From a virus, in IMG/VR virus record IMGVR_UViG_3300017770_000003: 64,000 nucleotides of DNA; one strand, 5' to 3'. The position numbers were made by a program, and so were the translations under genes. Below the pieces are notes generated by a model. It worked only from the letters and a program-made list of their open reading frames with translations. It had not been told where the DNA came from and ran no database searches. Within the stretch, counting starts at the first letter, position 1; every line of letters starts with the position of its first letter. Shown here one piece after another: positions 47,901-57,634 of the stretch.

Positions 47901-49751
47901 TTCAGTATCTGATATAGAAGAATCTGATGTAGGGAAGGATTCATCAATTAAAAATTGAGATGCACTTGCTTTTATATTAGTATTGACTAGGGTTGATGAT
48001 TCGGATGCACTTACAGCCCACACTGTTGTTTTAGCTTCTATATTTGTAGAGTCTGTAGGATTAAAACCACCCGTAGAAGAGGAGGGGTGAAGAAATTGAC
48101 TAGTTGATAATATATCTACGGTTTGTGGGGTATTATAAATACCCCCATTATGTTGGGGGAAAGTTTTAAAAGCCGTTATAGAAAATGTCTCACTTCTTTC
48201 TTGGGAAGGTTGGGGTTCAAATAATGAAAAATTCCCTACAACAGAGTCCCCTGTTTGGTTTGAGGAAGATATAAATGATCCTAAAGACCCCGTATTTTGA
48301 AAATCAATAGTATTATAAAGTGTGTCACTAAATACATTATCCTCTTCTAAAGAAAACTCATAAGCCCTAAATGAAGAAGAAAATATAATACCACCTTCAC
48401 TCTTAAGTACTCTTAAATCAAAATCACTTGGAACTCCATAGGTGGGTCCTATAGTTACTTGACCATAAGCACTTTCGTTTATATTACCTAAAGTATTAGT
48501 AAATTTAGGTGAAGTAATAGTTATTAATCCGTTTTCATAAAAAACATTTCCTATATAAGGCAACCCAGTTATAGAAGAAGAAACATTAGATATTTGTGTA
48601 TTATTAAGACCTTTATTAAAAATCATTAACTGTGAAATATTACCCCCCGCTGAATTATATTCACTACGAGTTCCTCCTCTATTACCTATATATAGATTAG
48701 CTTTATTTTTAGTAATATTAGTATTATCACTATCACTTCCCGTTAAATTACCATTTAAGTATATGTGTAAATTACTACCGGTTTTAACACAGGCTATATG
48801 ATATAAAGTATCATCACTTAAAACTGCCGAACTAGTAGCTAAAGAAGTTATATCCTGATCGGCTCTAGCAAAATTAATTTGATTATCTGTAAGGTAAACT
48901 TCAAAAGGATATGAGGTTCCAGCATCTATTTCTGTTGGTTGTAAACTACCTGTTATCCTAGTATTACCATTTTCAGGACTATTAATAACGGTTTTGCTAT
49001 AAGATTTAGCTATTAAATATTTGGTTCCTGAAAGTGTAGGGGTTTTATAATAAAAACTAATTGTAAAATCTTGGTTAGATCCAAAATTTATATTATTTGA
49101 ATGGGGTGATTTTACATATCCGCTTTCTAAATTTATACCAGTACAATTTAAATCAGATAAATGAGTTATAGAACTACTAATATATTCTACAGTGTTTAAA
49201 TAAAGAGAATCATCATAAATGACTTTATCTAAAGTAGATGGGGCATTCACTATGGAATATCCTGTGTTGTAATCTTTATTAAGATTACTTAATTTAAATC
49301 CTTTAACAGGGGCAATATATAGAACTCTTTCTTTATCTGTAGGGTAGTTTGTAAGGGCAATAGAAGAATCATAAAGGTTTCCTTTAGAGTCATCTATATA
49401 AGTTTCAAATAAGTTTAAGGTACTTTTTTGGATTCCACTCCCAAATAATCCCTGGGGTATAGAAATTATATTTAATTCTTTATATAAACGAGTTTCCTGA
49501 TCTTCATACTCTAATCCCCCTATATTATTACCAAAATCTTTATTATAATAAAATTTATCTAATTGAAAATATTTTTTGGTTTCATTGGGGTCATTTAAAG
49601 AAAATAAATCTTTACTTTCTGAACTAAAACGTGCACTAAAAAAATCTATACCTAACGAGCTAGTATTATTAGCCGTTATGTTGTATTGTTTATGAGCCTC
49701 AAATGGAGTTCGGCTCACATCTGAAGCTTTTAGCTTCTTGTATACAAACAT
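44952..49751 (-). CDS. Large virion/baseplate protein (1599 aa) with LamG-like domain and tail-collar-like C-terminus
   Basis: DFTISFY...YHIACVKTG...IYLNG...LYIG...ISQLMIFNKGL; C-terminal YVTTIGLYNEEGELLVIGKL. Confidence 0.7.
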   Translation of the reverse strand: MFVYKKLKASDVSRTPFEAHKQYNITANNTSSLGIDFFSARFSSESKDLFSLNDPNETKKYFQLDKFYYNKDFGNNIGGLEYEDQETRLYKELNIISIPQGLFGSGIQKSTLNLFETYIDDSKGNLYDSSIALTNYPTDKERVLYIAPVKGFKLSNLNKDYNTGYSIVNAPSTLDKVIYDDSLYLNTVEYISSSITHLSDLNCTGINLESGYVKSPHSNNINFGSNQDFTISFYYKTPTLSGTKYLIAKSYSKTVINSPENGNTRITGSLQPTEIDAGTSYPFEVYLTDNQINFARADQDITSLATSSAVLSDDTLYHIACVKTGSNLHIYLNGNLTGSDSDNTNITKNKANLYIGNRGGTRSEYNSAGGNISQLMIFNKGLNNTQISNVSSSITGLPYIGNVFYENGLITITSPKFTNTLGNINESAYGQVTIGPTYGVPSDFDLRVLKSEGGIIFSSSFRAYEFSLEEDNVFSDTLYNTIDFQNTGSLGSFISSSNQTGDSVVGNFSLFEPQPSQERSETFSITAFKTFPQHNGGIYNTPQTVDILSTSQFLHPSSSTGGFNPTDSTNIEAKTTVWAVSASESSTLVNTNIKASASQFLIDESFPTSDSSISDTEFSYDQNTANSGALYINNYAIDGLVLTGSLNNMPNYLGFIKNTVGVSGINANGDTRIGIPIGGTSGGGNGFINFRDGGYTLLNANADIQIVDVPEGSNASLSFKMTPKFTNSDSGTFKQVTYKIRSGSVVIASDSATIPFATTPLSVTPLTVTRFISASDEYDMTIDMGGDPSLEMTEATLEVISQLPEEGKLNKVALINNSIVLDDRDNDRTKKYTVQIDEIHTSASNQATGPNFNSITEGTLKITLERVFQGVATNITSSLYGPATVSGSFFKFIDLDNIDGNGTINTHLSYLRTKIELIDTSSENTLQAFSPGEGFYIKNFRVKEISGSIIAQTTANLGSSTSFITNEPVPYMNTLGPVSEYTNSTFNITSVTSPTQIVSQFPLLTIDATGSLVEIGATGSVPSTPSQLSASYETTASADGIYVFSGLNISNNFSSAFPRIRIYSGSTLVTASFGDINLLGAGSTHTGILLASSPIGNDTNTLPTNNSVEVGYFKAGDSMKIELDAVESDGNTLKPTPSTESASFAQLGVYYITSSTQVLDQEATLPNFLPAYNKLQIQSPHTSFPFTTGNLTASIVSTSTNVVYATIDQHLFITASAPSTQSNTFINVPFVVEKTYDFSANSRYIISQSLNYNFTNGNKLIWRIARTEDEGTLSNILDHNYDFISDSNNIFSSENQWVTASATIDTTTGGEYKSQFLLYNLVPNYTDNASVGDFLKLASASLEEYKPSNSIVRTGGQLFDSSSLVKIKLKISDNTPPFNVGSTNPQTYTSTSIEENPPSTDEFTVQNPSLIQLNSPILVIDGGEITGSRDNEYNYYKYTSSLNVISGFNNAMEGGILNNLGAYSNAFNINTATSNTMSVDNEVLLLENTTANVNYVTDSNIDNFNLQFKNSHLIFEHEYQCTVGEDEYNFTLNPSARIQKNTTEDGELANFATGSNFKPYVTTIGLYNEEGELLVIGKLGQPIKMSDETDTTFIVRFDT

Positions 49752-50791
49752 TAATAATCAAGTTTAACTTTAATTAGTGCTTCTTTAGTAAAGTCCTTAG
49801 TTATAGGTTGACTTAATTTTGCTACTGCAAGCAATTCATTAGCATCATTATATAACCCTATTGTAGTAATATATGACTTAGGAGCATCAATCATAGAATC
49901 AAAGTTTAAATTACCATTATTATCTATGAAAGTAGGATTTGTAGAATAGTTAAATTCTTTATTACGTGCCCTTATAAAATAGAATTGAGATGAGATAGTT
50001 TCTTCTGAATCTACTATAAAATAACCCGATGAAGAAACAGCATTAAACAGTTTTTCATTATTCTTATCTGAAGTATTAGCATTAGTAGCTGTACCTAAAT
50101 TTAAACCCTTATCAGCAGTAGCGGCATCTAAGGCATCTGGATTTAAGATAATTACACCAGCATCTGGGTAAAATAATCCATAGCTACCTGAATCTGTTAC
50201 TCTTGTTAGATTTGTTCCTAACATGGTTCCATTAGATCCAGAAACTATATTATATTGTCTCCCTAAATTCGTTAATACTGCGCTACCTGTAGTAGTAACT
50301 GAATCGTCGGTTAAAAATAATTCAGCAGATCCTTTTTTAAGTTTAAAATTTAAAGAACCCGGTTTTAGGGATTGTTTATATCTAGCTCGTTCTACATTTA
50401 AAACATAAATATCATCTGGTGTGTGGTTATCAAAACTAAAATTACGAGTTTCAGTACCAAATACTAATGATCTATATTGCCCATATATATCTCTTGTAGC
50501 ACTTAAACCAAAAGATCCTGTTTCATTAGTAAAATCTAATGAACCACTTCCATTTTTATGGCCATATGATATTGAATATTGAACTTCGGGGGTAATAGAA
50601 GTAGAATCAGTAGCAACATTAAATACGTCAATATAAAATTGGCCGCTAGAAGTAGCACTAGTAAATACTGCTTGGGTACTTGAAGTATGAGCAGTGGTTA
50701 AATTATTAACATTATTACTCCAAGTTGAAGTAGAGACCTTTTCAGTGTTAATTACTATATCGTCGGATGTTAAACGTACAAATGTTGACAT
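49751..50791 (-). CDS. Baseplate/tail-collar-type structural protein (346 aa)
   Basis: C-terminal YITTIGLYNDANELLAVAKLSQP paralogous to the 1599-aa C-terminus. Confidence 0.65.
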   Translation of the reverse strand: MSTFVRLTSDDIVINTEKVSTSTWSNNVNNLTTAHTSSTQAVFTSATSSGQFYIDVFNVATDSTSITPEVQYSISYGHKNGSGSLDFTNETGSFGLSATRDIYGQYRSLVFGTETRNFSFDNHTPDDIYVLNVERARYKQSLKPGSLNFKLKKGSAELFLTDDSVTTTGSAVLTNLGRQYNIVSGSNGTMLGTNLTRVTDSGSYGLFYPDAGVIILNPDALDAATADKGLNLGTATNANTSDKNNEKLFNAVSSSGYFIVDSEETISSQFYFIRARNKEFNYSTNPTFIDNNGNLNFDSMIDAPKSYITTIGLYNDANELLAVAKLSQPITKDFTKEALIKVKLDY

Positions 50792-50801
50792 GATTAATTT
50801 T

Positions 50802-51494
50802 TTATTTTACAGTTCCTGATACATTTTGATCAGCAGTTATTGCTATAACTTCTTTACTAATTTCTACAGGGATCGTAACTCTAGCTCCGCTATCCCTACC
50901 TTCTATAATAATAGAGGTTAATAGTTTATTAGAAGTACCAAATAGTGTTTGGGAATTAATAGCAGTAAGAGTAAAAGACTGACCTACTACTGATTCTGCT
51001 ATAGGGGTATTTGAATAAGGACGTCTTCTAGACACGCGTGCTCCTTTTGCAGCGGTTCCTGTGAATGTTTGGAGTAAACGGCGATCTCCTATAGTAGCTA
51101 TATATCCTCCTGGTTCTTTTAAATTACTAGTACCATTAAAATTAAGGGTAGTAGGATTAACATTTGTAGTAGATCCTAAAGAAAGAGTAATTTTAGATGT
51201 ATTAGCGGTTACTACGGGCATCTTGGAGGTTCCTCTAGGAAGAGTAACTAATTTAGATTTCATAATATAACGATCATCAGGGATAGCTTCTAATATACTC
51301 ATATTTTCAATAGCTTCCCCCGAGTATTGTGATCCGTTAGGGTGATTTTCATTAAATAATGTGTAATCTATTTCATCATCCCCTAAAGCAAATTGGGTTA
51401 TATTGAAAGATCCATCCTGTTTTGATAAGGCTTCTCTTCCTTTTTTAGTTAAAATAGCATCTACTATTATTGTATTATTATTTAAATATCCCAT
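50802..51494 (-). CDS. Baseplate/tail-collar-type structural protein (230 aa)
   Basis: AILTKKGREAL...ITQFALGDDEIDY N-terminal motif. Confidence 0.65.
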   Translation of the reverse strand: MGYLNNNTIIVDAILTKKGREALSKQDGSFNITQFALGDDEIDYTLFNENHPNGSQYSGEAIENMSILEAIPDDRYIMKSKLVTLPRGTSKMPVVTANTSKITLSLGSTTNVNPTTLNFNGTSNLKEPGGYIATIGDRRLLQTFTGTAAKGARVSRRRPYSNTPIAESVVGQSFTLTAINSQTLFGTSNKLLTSIIIEGRDSGARVTIPVEISKEVIAITADQNVSGTVK

Positions 51495-51537
51495 AGTTAT
51501 TTTATTTGTTTATAAATATATATCTTTTATACTTATT

Positions 51538-52875
51538 TTAACTTCCTCTAAACCCAAAAAATCTTCCATCAAATGGATTAAAATCATCATTTCTATTAAA
51601 ACCCCCTTCAACATCAAAACCTAATTTATCTTTTAAAATTTTATTAATTTGGGGTCTTAGTCTGGGGTCAAAATTTTCAGGTATAATTATAAACCCTTCA
51701 TCTCCAATACCATTTGGTAAATCTTCTTCTTTTATCATATCAACTAATAATGATGGTATTGGATTTAGTTTATAAATATTTACATTACCCGGTGTTGCAT
51801 TTGGGTCATTAAATGAATAAAAATGAAAACTACCTATAGCATTTGGATTAGTAAATTGGGGGATATTTTTAAATCTCCCCGAAAATTCAGCATTAGTAGA
51901 TCCTGTAATAGTTGAGTTAAAATCAATTTCAAAGGTGTTTACTTGCTTTAATCCTTCTGAAAAAGTATTAAATTTATATGGGTTAGAAGAAATAAATTCC
52001 ATATAAAATTTATTTGAAGAAGGAGACTTAAGATGCTCACTTTTAGCAGTATCAAAAAATGTATTAAATTTTTCAATAACTGTTGGTCCTAAAATTACAT
52101 TTGTTCCACTACCATTAACATCAGAATAATATTTACTTTGATTATTATCAAAAACTGTAATAGTAGTGTTAGGTAGTGAAGTATTAGAAATTTGGATAGA
52201 AAAAACTACAGCGGGAAGAATAGTGCCATCATTATTAATAGTAGAAGTATCTGAGCCAAAGGTAAATATATCACTAACTGCTGATCCGCTTATTTGGATT
52301 ACTCTAGAAAGTAAACCTTCATTAAAGTCTACGTTATATGTGTTTTTTAATTTATGTTCTACACCTTTATCTAAAACCATAATAGATGCTTGGGATCCCA
52401 TAAAAAAATCTTCTCTAAATGATCTTTCAAATCCTTTTCTAGAATTAACATCATTAAAATTTACTCCAACTCTACTTACAGTATCATCTGAATTTATAGT
52501 ATAATAACCTTCAACATTAATAAAAGATTTTTTACTAAAACCTGGGTTAGGATTATCAAATGTAGGATTAGTATCATGTCCTATAATTCTATTCCCAACA
52601 TAAAGATTTCTACTATATTTTTCAATTACAGGAGTTTTACCATAGGTAACATCACCCGCAGTAAAAGTATTTATTTTAGTGGCTTCCAATTGGTGACCAT
52701 CATATCTACTTCCTTTCCAAGCTTTAGTTTCAAAAACAGCATCATTTAGTTCTACAGAAAATTCTTTATTTCCTAATAATTTAGCACCAAATGAAGGGGG
52801 CTTTTGTACAGGAGCAGCAGGGGTCCCTTGTGGGATCATTGAACTTAAAGTACCTTGTGTATTATCTTGTGGCAT
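51538..52875 (-). CDS. Hypothetical baseplate-region protein (445 aa)
   Basis: Long ORF in the baseplate operon. Confidence 0.75.
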   Translation of the reverse strand: MPQDNTQGTLSSMIPQGTPAAPVQKPPSFGAKLLGNKEFSVELNDAVFETKAWKGSRYDGHQLEATKINTFTAGDVTYGKTPVIEKYSRNLYVGNRIIGHDTNPTFDNPNPGFSKKSFINVEGYYTINSDDTVSRVGVNFNDVNSRKGFERSFREDFFMGSQASIMVLDKGVEHKLKNTYNVDFNEGLLSRVIQISGSAVSDIFTFGSDTSTINNDGTILPAVVFSIQISNTSLPNTTITVFDNNQSKYYSDVNGSGTNVILGPTVIEKFNTFFDTAKSEHLKSPSSNKFYMEFISSNPYKFNTFSEGLKQVNTFEIDFNSTITGSTNAEFSGRFKNIPQFTNPNAIGSFHFYSFNDPNATPGNVNIYKLNPIPSLLVDMIKEEDLPNGIGDEGFIIIPENFDPRLRPQINKILKDKLGFDVEGGFNRNDDFNPFDGRFFGFRGS

Positions 52876-52889
52876 TATGTATTTATTTT

Positions 52890-55800
52890 TTAATCACCTG
52901 CGGGTGCACTATCCGAATCCGCAGATGTGGTAGGACCTTGATAAAAATTATTAGATATTGCTCCTGAAGACCTATTAGAATCTATATTAAAATCCGCTCC
53001 CGCAAATGTTGAATTCTGGGTTGTATCATTTATAGCATTATCTTCTGTTGGGTGGTTATATTTAGAAGTTATTTTATAATATTTGTTGCTATACCCGCCA
53101 TATATGAAATTATTTTCAATATTCCCCGCAGATCCATCAAAAGTATTAATAACATTAATATCTGTTTCATTTAAAATATAATCAGCAGAAATTGATCCAG
53201 TTCCACAATAGTTGGCATTATTAATTTCTACATTAGAAAAATCTGTATTAGCATATGGAAATTTATCCCTCTGTAAATAGTGGGGTTCTATTACTAAACC
53301 AGTTTTTAGATTAGCTTTAGCGGGAGTAAATTCTTCAATAATCTTAAATATAGTATGATCAAAATATTGAATAGTTTTAATATAATCAAAGAAATTATAT
53401 CTACGATCTACCTTATTAGCATATATATCTCTTAATGATTTTAAATCAGGATAACTACCACTAGATAAATGTCTAGGATTACCTATATAATCGTCCATTC
53501 TGAATCCTCCTAGGGTATATATTATGTCTTCATTAATTTCAAATGTAGGTGAAAAAAATACTCCTAAAGTAGAATAATCGGGTGGTTGGCGGTCTAAAGA
53601 AGATTCTTCACTTTTAATAAAAGGTGATAATATATTATCATTAATAGTACCATTATCATATCTAACTTTTTCAGATGCCATGCTTACCCCTACAGTATCA
53701 GGTGTATTTAAGTGGTGGGTATACTGAATATTACCATAACTAGTTCTAACTAAGTCACCATTTAAAGTAAGTCTTCCTGAATTATTATTTTTAGGAGAAT
53801 AATCTTCAAAATGATATCCATCAGATAAGGATTCTGTTTTAAGGTTAGCCCCTAGGGGTGAATAGTATAATAGATCATTAAAATATGATGAAGTATTATT
53901 ACCAGCTACTATGTTAGGATCTTTAGTATGTATATCTTTTACAGATTGAAATAGTGAACTTGTATATGTTTTAAAATTATGAATATAAAAGTTATTTTTA
54001 ACACCATAAGTTCCTATATTAAAATTATCTCCACTATATGAGGATGTAAATGATATGTTATGGATATTATTATCTAAATAAGTAGAGGCTGTTATGGATA
54101 ATTCAGTAGATGAGTTTATATCTACATAAAATGTAAGGGGCCTTCCACTATAGACGGGAAAATTCGAACTAGTTCCAAAAGATCCTGAAAAATACCCACC
54201 TTTAGAATTATTTGAACTTGATATAATAGAAGTTATAGCTGTAGAAGAACTTAATATAGGATTAATTCTGTTTATTTTATTAGGTATAATAGTAAATTCA
54301 AAATGTTTTTTTCCGTTTCCTGATGTAGGGGAAGTAATAACATTTAAACTAGTTGCCGTTGCATTATTAAAATAAAGGGCCTTAGTAGTTTTTTCATAAC
54401 TAAATGTTCTAAATGTAGATTTATCGGCTACGGGTCCCCCATATTCTTTAACGTGAAGGATGGTTTCGGGTATACCATAACAAGCAAGTAAAGCTTTAAT
54501 ACCACGTTCAGTACCTTTTGTTTTTAAAAGATAAGGAGTATTATGATATAATCTTTTCCATACTTCTTTAGTAATATCTTCTTTGGGGATTGAACCATCA
54601 TTAGAGGCACTTACCATACTTTGTGATGTGGGTGCTTGATATTGAAAATTACCATTAATATCCCCCCCTATAAGATATTCAAATAAACTTGAATTTTCGA
54701 ATTGGTCAAAAGCAGGGATACCACGTTCTTTTAAAGCATTAAATACTAATTCTTTAGAAATACCCCTATTAAGGGAATTATCAGCTATGTTTTTATCAGT
54801 AATATTTTCAATATATAACCATATATTATCAAAATGTTGACCTACCATATCAACAAAAGTAATAAATTCACTGTTTTGATCGTTATCAAGGATATATTGT
54901 GGGATAGTATTTCTTAGTATATAAAGATTTTGGTCATCAAATTGGGAAGCACTTAATATTTGACCTCCATAATTGGAATCTGTGGGGATTTTACTACCAA
55001 ACCAAGTTAGTGCTTCTGAAGAAGTAGTTGGTCTATTATTATAAGGTTTACTAGAGTCGGATTTAGGCCACGCATAGGTTCCACTTTCAAAGTATAAAAA
55101 TTTTTCATAACCATTAAAGTTTTGTATAATTTTATTAGCTAAATTTAAATTATTTTGTCTTTCTATGGTTAATGTAGGATTAGAGTTATAATTACTAATA
55201 GTTTCAATATAACTACTTTGAGAATTATAGGTTTCTATTAATTCTAATTTATAATTGAAATTTTTTATTTTTTCTTCTGCAGATCCAAAATGGGTAAAAC
55301 TTTCAAATGTAAATCCGGAGTCAGTGTTGGAGTTATCATATTCCACCGATATAGGAATACTTTCAGATATTGAATTTATAACATTATTTAGGGATGATGT
55401 AATATTAGATCTAAGTATTTCATTATAGGATTTATATTTAGAAGGAATACTAGAATTAAGACGAGTATCTATTCGTAAATTAGGACCTCTAAGTTCTGTA
55501 GTTTCTATTTCGATTTCAGGTATACCTAAGTCAACTATGTATTCTATAGGATTAGTTAATTCTTCTATTATTCTAAATTTTGATTTTAAATCAATAGAAT
55601 TAGGAATGGGTTCATATAATTTAATTAAAAAACTAAAGTTAGGATTAGGTTCTGTTTCTAAATTAACTCCCGTTAGGATTATGTTTTCTCCAAAGTTAAG
55701 GGCAAAATCTTTAAAATAGGGGGTGTCAGCCCCCTGTGATTCTACTATTAATTCCTCTATACCTTTTATTAAAGGTGCAGAATTTATATTAGGGTTAAGT

Positions 55801-56171
55801 TTGGCTCTTATTTCTGTTCTACTGGGTGATATTTCATCTATAAAAAATATTCTATCGAAATTATTTTGAATTTTTTTTCTGTGAAAATTAACCTTAATTT
55901 TATATTGCCCACTATTTAATCCTAATTTTCTTAGAATATTATCAGGATTAAAAGTAATTTCATTAAAATACCCCTTATTGTCATCTATGACATCAGGAAT
56001 TTCATATTCAGTAAAATCCTTTAATGTAATCAAATGTTGATCATCCATGCTATATACATGAATTTCAATATTGTCTTCTTCCCTACCGAATTTTCTTTTT
56101 AAAGGTTTACCTTCTAAAAGTGCCAGATCTTCAGGTCTAATTTGTTCTAATATAGTTTTTTTGATATCCAT
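52890..56171 (-). CDS. Baseplate wedge-type protein (1093 aa)
   Basis: F..MVGQHFD.IW.Y, LLKTKGT.RG..AL..CYGIP..IL..KEYG, F..I..F.PAKA.L..G..IEPH.L.R wedge motifs. Confidence 0.65.
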   Translation of the reverse strand: MDIKKTILEQIRPEDLALLEGKPLKRKFGREEDNIEIHVYSMDDQHLITLKDFTEYEIPDVIDDNKGYFNEITFNPDNILRKLGLNSGQYKIKVNFHRKKIQNNFDRIFFIDEISPSRTEIRAKLNPNINSAPLIKGIEELIVESQGADTPYFKDFALNFGENIILTGVNLETEPNPNFSFLIKLYEPIPNSIDLKSKFRIIEELTNPIEYIVDLGIPEIEIETTELRGPNLRIDTRLNSSIPSKYKSYNEILRSNITSSLNNVINSISESIPISVEYDNSNTDSGFTFESFTHFGSAEEKIKNFNYKLELIETYNSQSSYIETISNYNSNPTLTIERQNNLNLANKIIQNFNGYEKFLYFESGTYAWPKSDSSKPYNNRPTTSSEALTWFGSKIPTDSNYGGQILSASQFDDQNLYILRNTIPQYILDNDQNSEFITFVDMVGQHFDNIWLYIENITDKNIADNSLNRGISKELVFNALKERGIPAFDQFENSSLFEYLIGGDINGNFQYQAPTSQSMVSASNDGSIPKEDITKEVWKRLYHNTPYLLKTKGTERGIKALLACYGIPETILHVKEYGGPVADKSTFRTFSYEKTTKALYFNNATATSLNVITSPTSGNGKKHFEFTIIPNKINRINPILSSSTAITSIISSSNNSKGGYFSGSFGTSSNFPVYSGRPLTFYVDINSSTELSITASTYLDNNIHNISFTSSYSGDNFNIGTYGVKNNFYIHNFKTYTSSLFQSVKDIHTKDPNIVAGNNTSSYFNDLLYYSPLGANLKTESLSDGYHFEDYSPKNNNSGRLTLNGDLVRTSYGNIQYTHHLNTPDTVGVSMASEKVRYDNGTINDNILSPFIKSEESSLDRQPPDYSTLGVFFSPTFEINEDIIYTLGGFRMDDYIGNPRHLSSGSYPDLKSLRDIYANKVDRRYNFFDYIKTIQYFDHTIFKIIEEFTPAKANLKTGLVIEPHYLQRDKFPYANTDFSNVEINNANYCGTGSISADYILNETDINVINTFDGSAGNIENNFIYGGYSNKYYKITSKYNHPTEDNAINDTTQNSTFAGADFNIDSNRSSGAISNNFYQGPTTSADSDSAPAGD

Positions 56172-57634
56172 TAAATGTCAATATCTGTAAATAAAGGTTC
56201 AGTACCATCAAAACCTGTAACTTGGGCTTTTCTAACAGTGCCATCTATTATAAAAATAATATCTTCAGCCTTTTTATTTGATACTCCCATAGATTCTAAT
56301 GCCGCTGTTATCCCAGCACCACCAGCACCCGCAATTGTCGCAGCAGCCCCCGCTGTATAAGCGGCTCCTGCAGCTGCTGAGGCTCCTGCAGTAACTGCTG
56401 CAGCACTTCCCGCTAAAGCGGCGCCACCCGTTAATATAGTAGCGGCACCTACTGCAGTTATTGCTCCTATTACTGCTAAGGGTGATAATCCTCCTATTTC
56501 TTCAATAGTATCTGCTATCCATTCTTCTGCGGTTCTTAATGTAGATCCACCTCTATGCCTATTAGCTATATCTTGTAGGGCCTCATCTAGTCTCTTCCAG
56601 TTTTTACGGGTAACATCATTTTCGGCCATAAATTTAGCATTAGCTCTTAGTGTACTATATTTTATAAGAGGGTTATTATAAGGATCAAGAGTACTAACTC
56701 CGCTACTTTCAGCTACTAACCATAAATTTCTATCCGTAGATAGGCTAGTATATGCTAATTGTACTTCATTTCTTCTTAAAGAAGTATTTTCAAGACTACC
56801 ATCTAAATCATCAACTTCTTGTCTTAATTCTTTAATTCTATCTTCATTATTAGGATTTTTTTCAGAACGAAGAATTCGTATATTTTCGAGACGTTTTTCT
56901 ATTTGTTCATCTATAAATTCAATTACACTATCTTTAGCATCTAAATCTCTAGCTAAAGATGATAGGTATTCATCTATATCTCCATAAGTTGTCCTGGCAA
57001 AATCTATATTTAAGATGGGGTCTGACCAATCTCTATTCCATATCTGGCGTTGTATTTCGGGATCTATAGTAGAGTTGGCTAAATTGAAATTACTATCATT
57101 TATAGGTACTCCATCTTCAATCCCATTTATTATAGAAGGAGGTAATTGAATACAAACTTCATTAAAAGGAGTACTAACATTACCACCATTTAATTGGATT
57201 AATACTTTTTCAGTATCTCCATCAAATATTTGGCGTTTTTTACCCCTTTCCATTATGTATTTTTCATCTGTAGAAGAATTTTTTATTAGTTTTCCATTTT
57301 CAAATAATGGGTGGCTTTCTTCTTCACTAACATCTTTAATTTTATTAAGTTCTTCTTGTAAAGAAGAAATTTGGTTTAATAAATCTTCTATTTCTTGGTC
57401 TTTAGGATCGATCCCCTGGTTTAAAATTTCATTAATCCTAGTAAAAATACTATTAAGACTTTGTTTCCCTTCAATAGGGATATCTAAAAATATTCTATCA
57501 AAGTCATTAAAAAATTTATCTAAAGATAAGGGTTCTTTACTATTTTTTAATTCAGAAAAAGAAGTATCTATTACTTGCTTATATTGCAAGTTATTATAAA
57601 GATCTTTAGATATTTCAATAGTTTGTTTATCCAT
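56171..57634 (-). CDS. Baseplate-region coiled-coil protein (487 aa) with a long hydrophobic Ala/Gly segment near the C-terminus
   Basis: TAATG-coupled on both sides; ~60 uncharged residues. Confidence 0.75.
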   Translation of the reverse strand: MDKQTIEISKDLYNNLQYKQVIDTSFSELKNSKEPLSLDKFFNDFDRIFLDIPIEGKQSLNSIFTRINEILNQGIDPKDQEIEDLLNQISSLQEELNKIKDVSEEESHPLFENGKLIKNSSTDEKYIMERGKKRQIFDGDTEKVLIQLNGGNVSTPFNEVCIQLPPSIINGIEDGVPINDSNFNLANSTIDPEIQRQIWNRDWSDPILNIDFARTTYGDIDEYLSSLARDLDAKDSVIEFIDEQIEKRLENIRILRSEKNPNNEDRIKELRQEVDDLDGSLENTSLRRNEVQLAYTSLSTDRNLWLVAESSGVSTLDPYNNPLIKYSTLRANAKFMAENDVTRKNWKRLDEALQDIANRHRGGSTLRTAEEWIADTIEEIGGLSPLAVIGAITAVGAATILTGGAALAGSAAAVTAGASAAAGAAYTAGAAATIAGAGGAGITAALESMGVSNKKAEDIIFIIDGTVRKAQVTGFDGTEPLFTDIDI

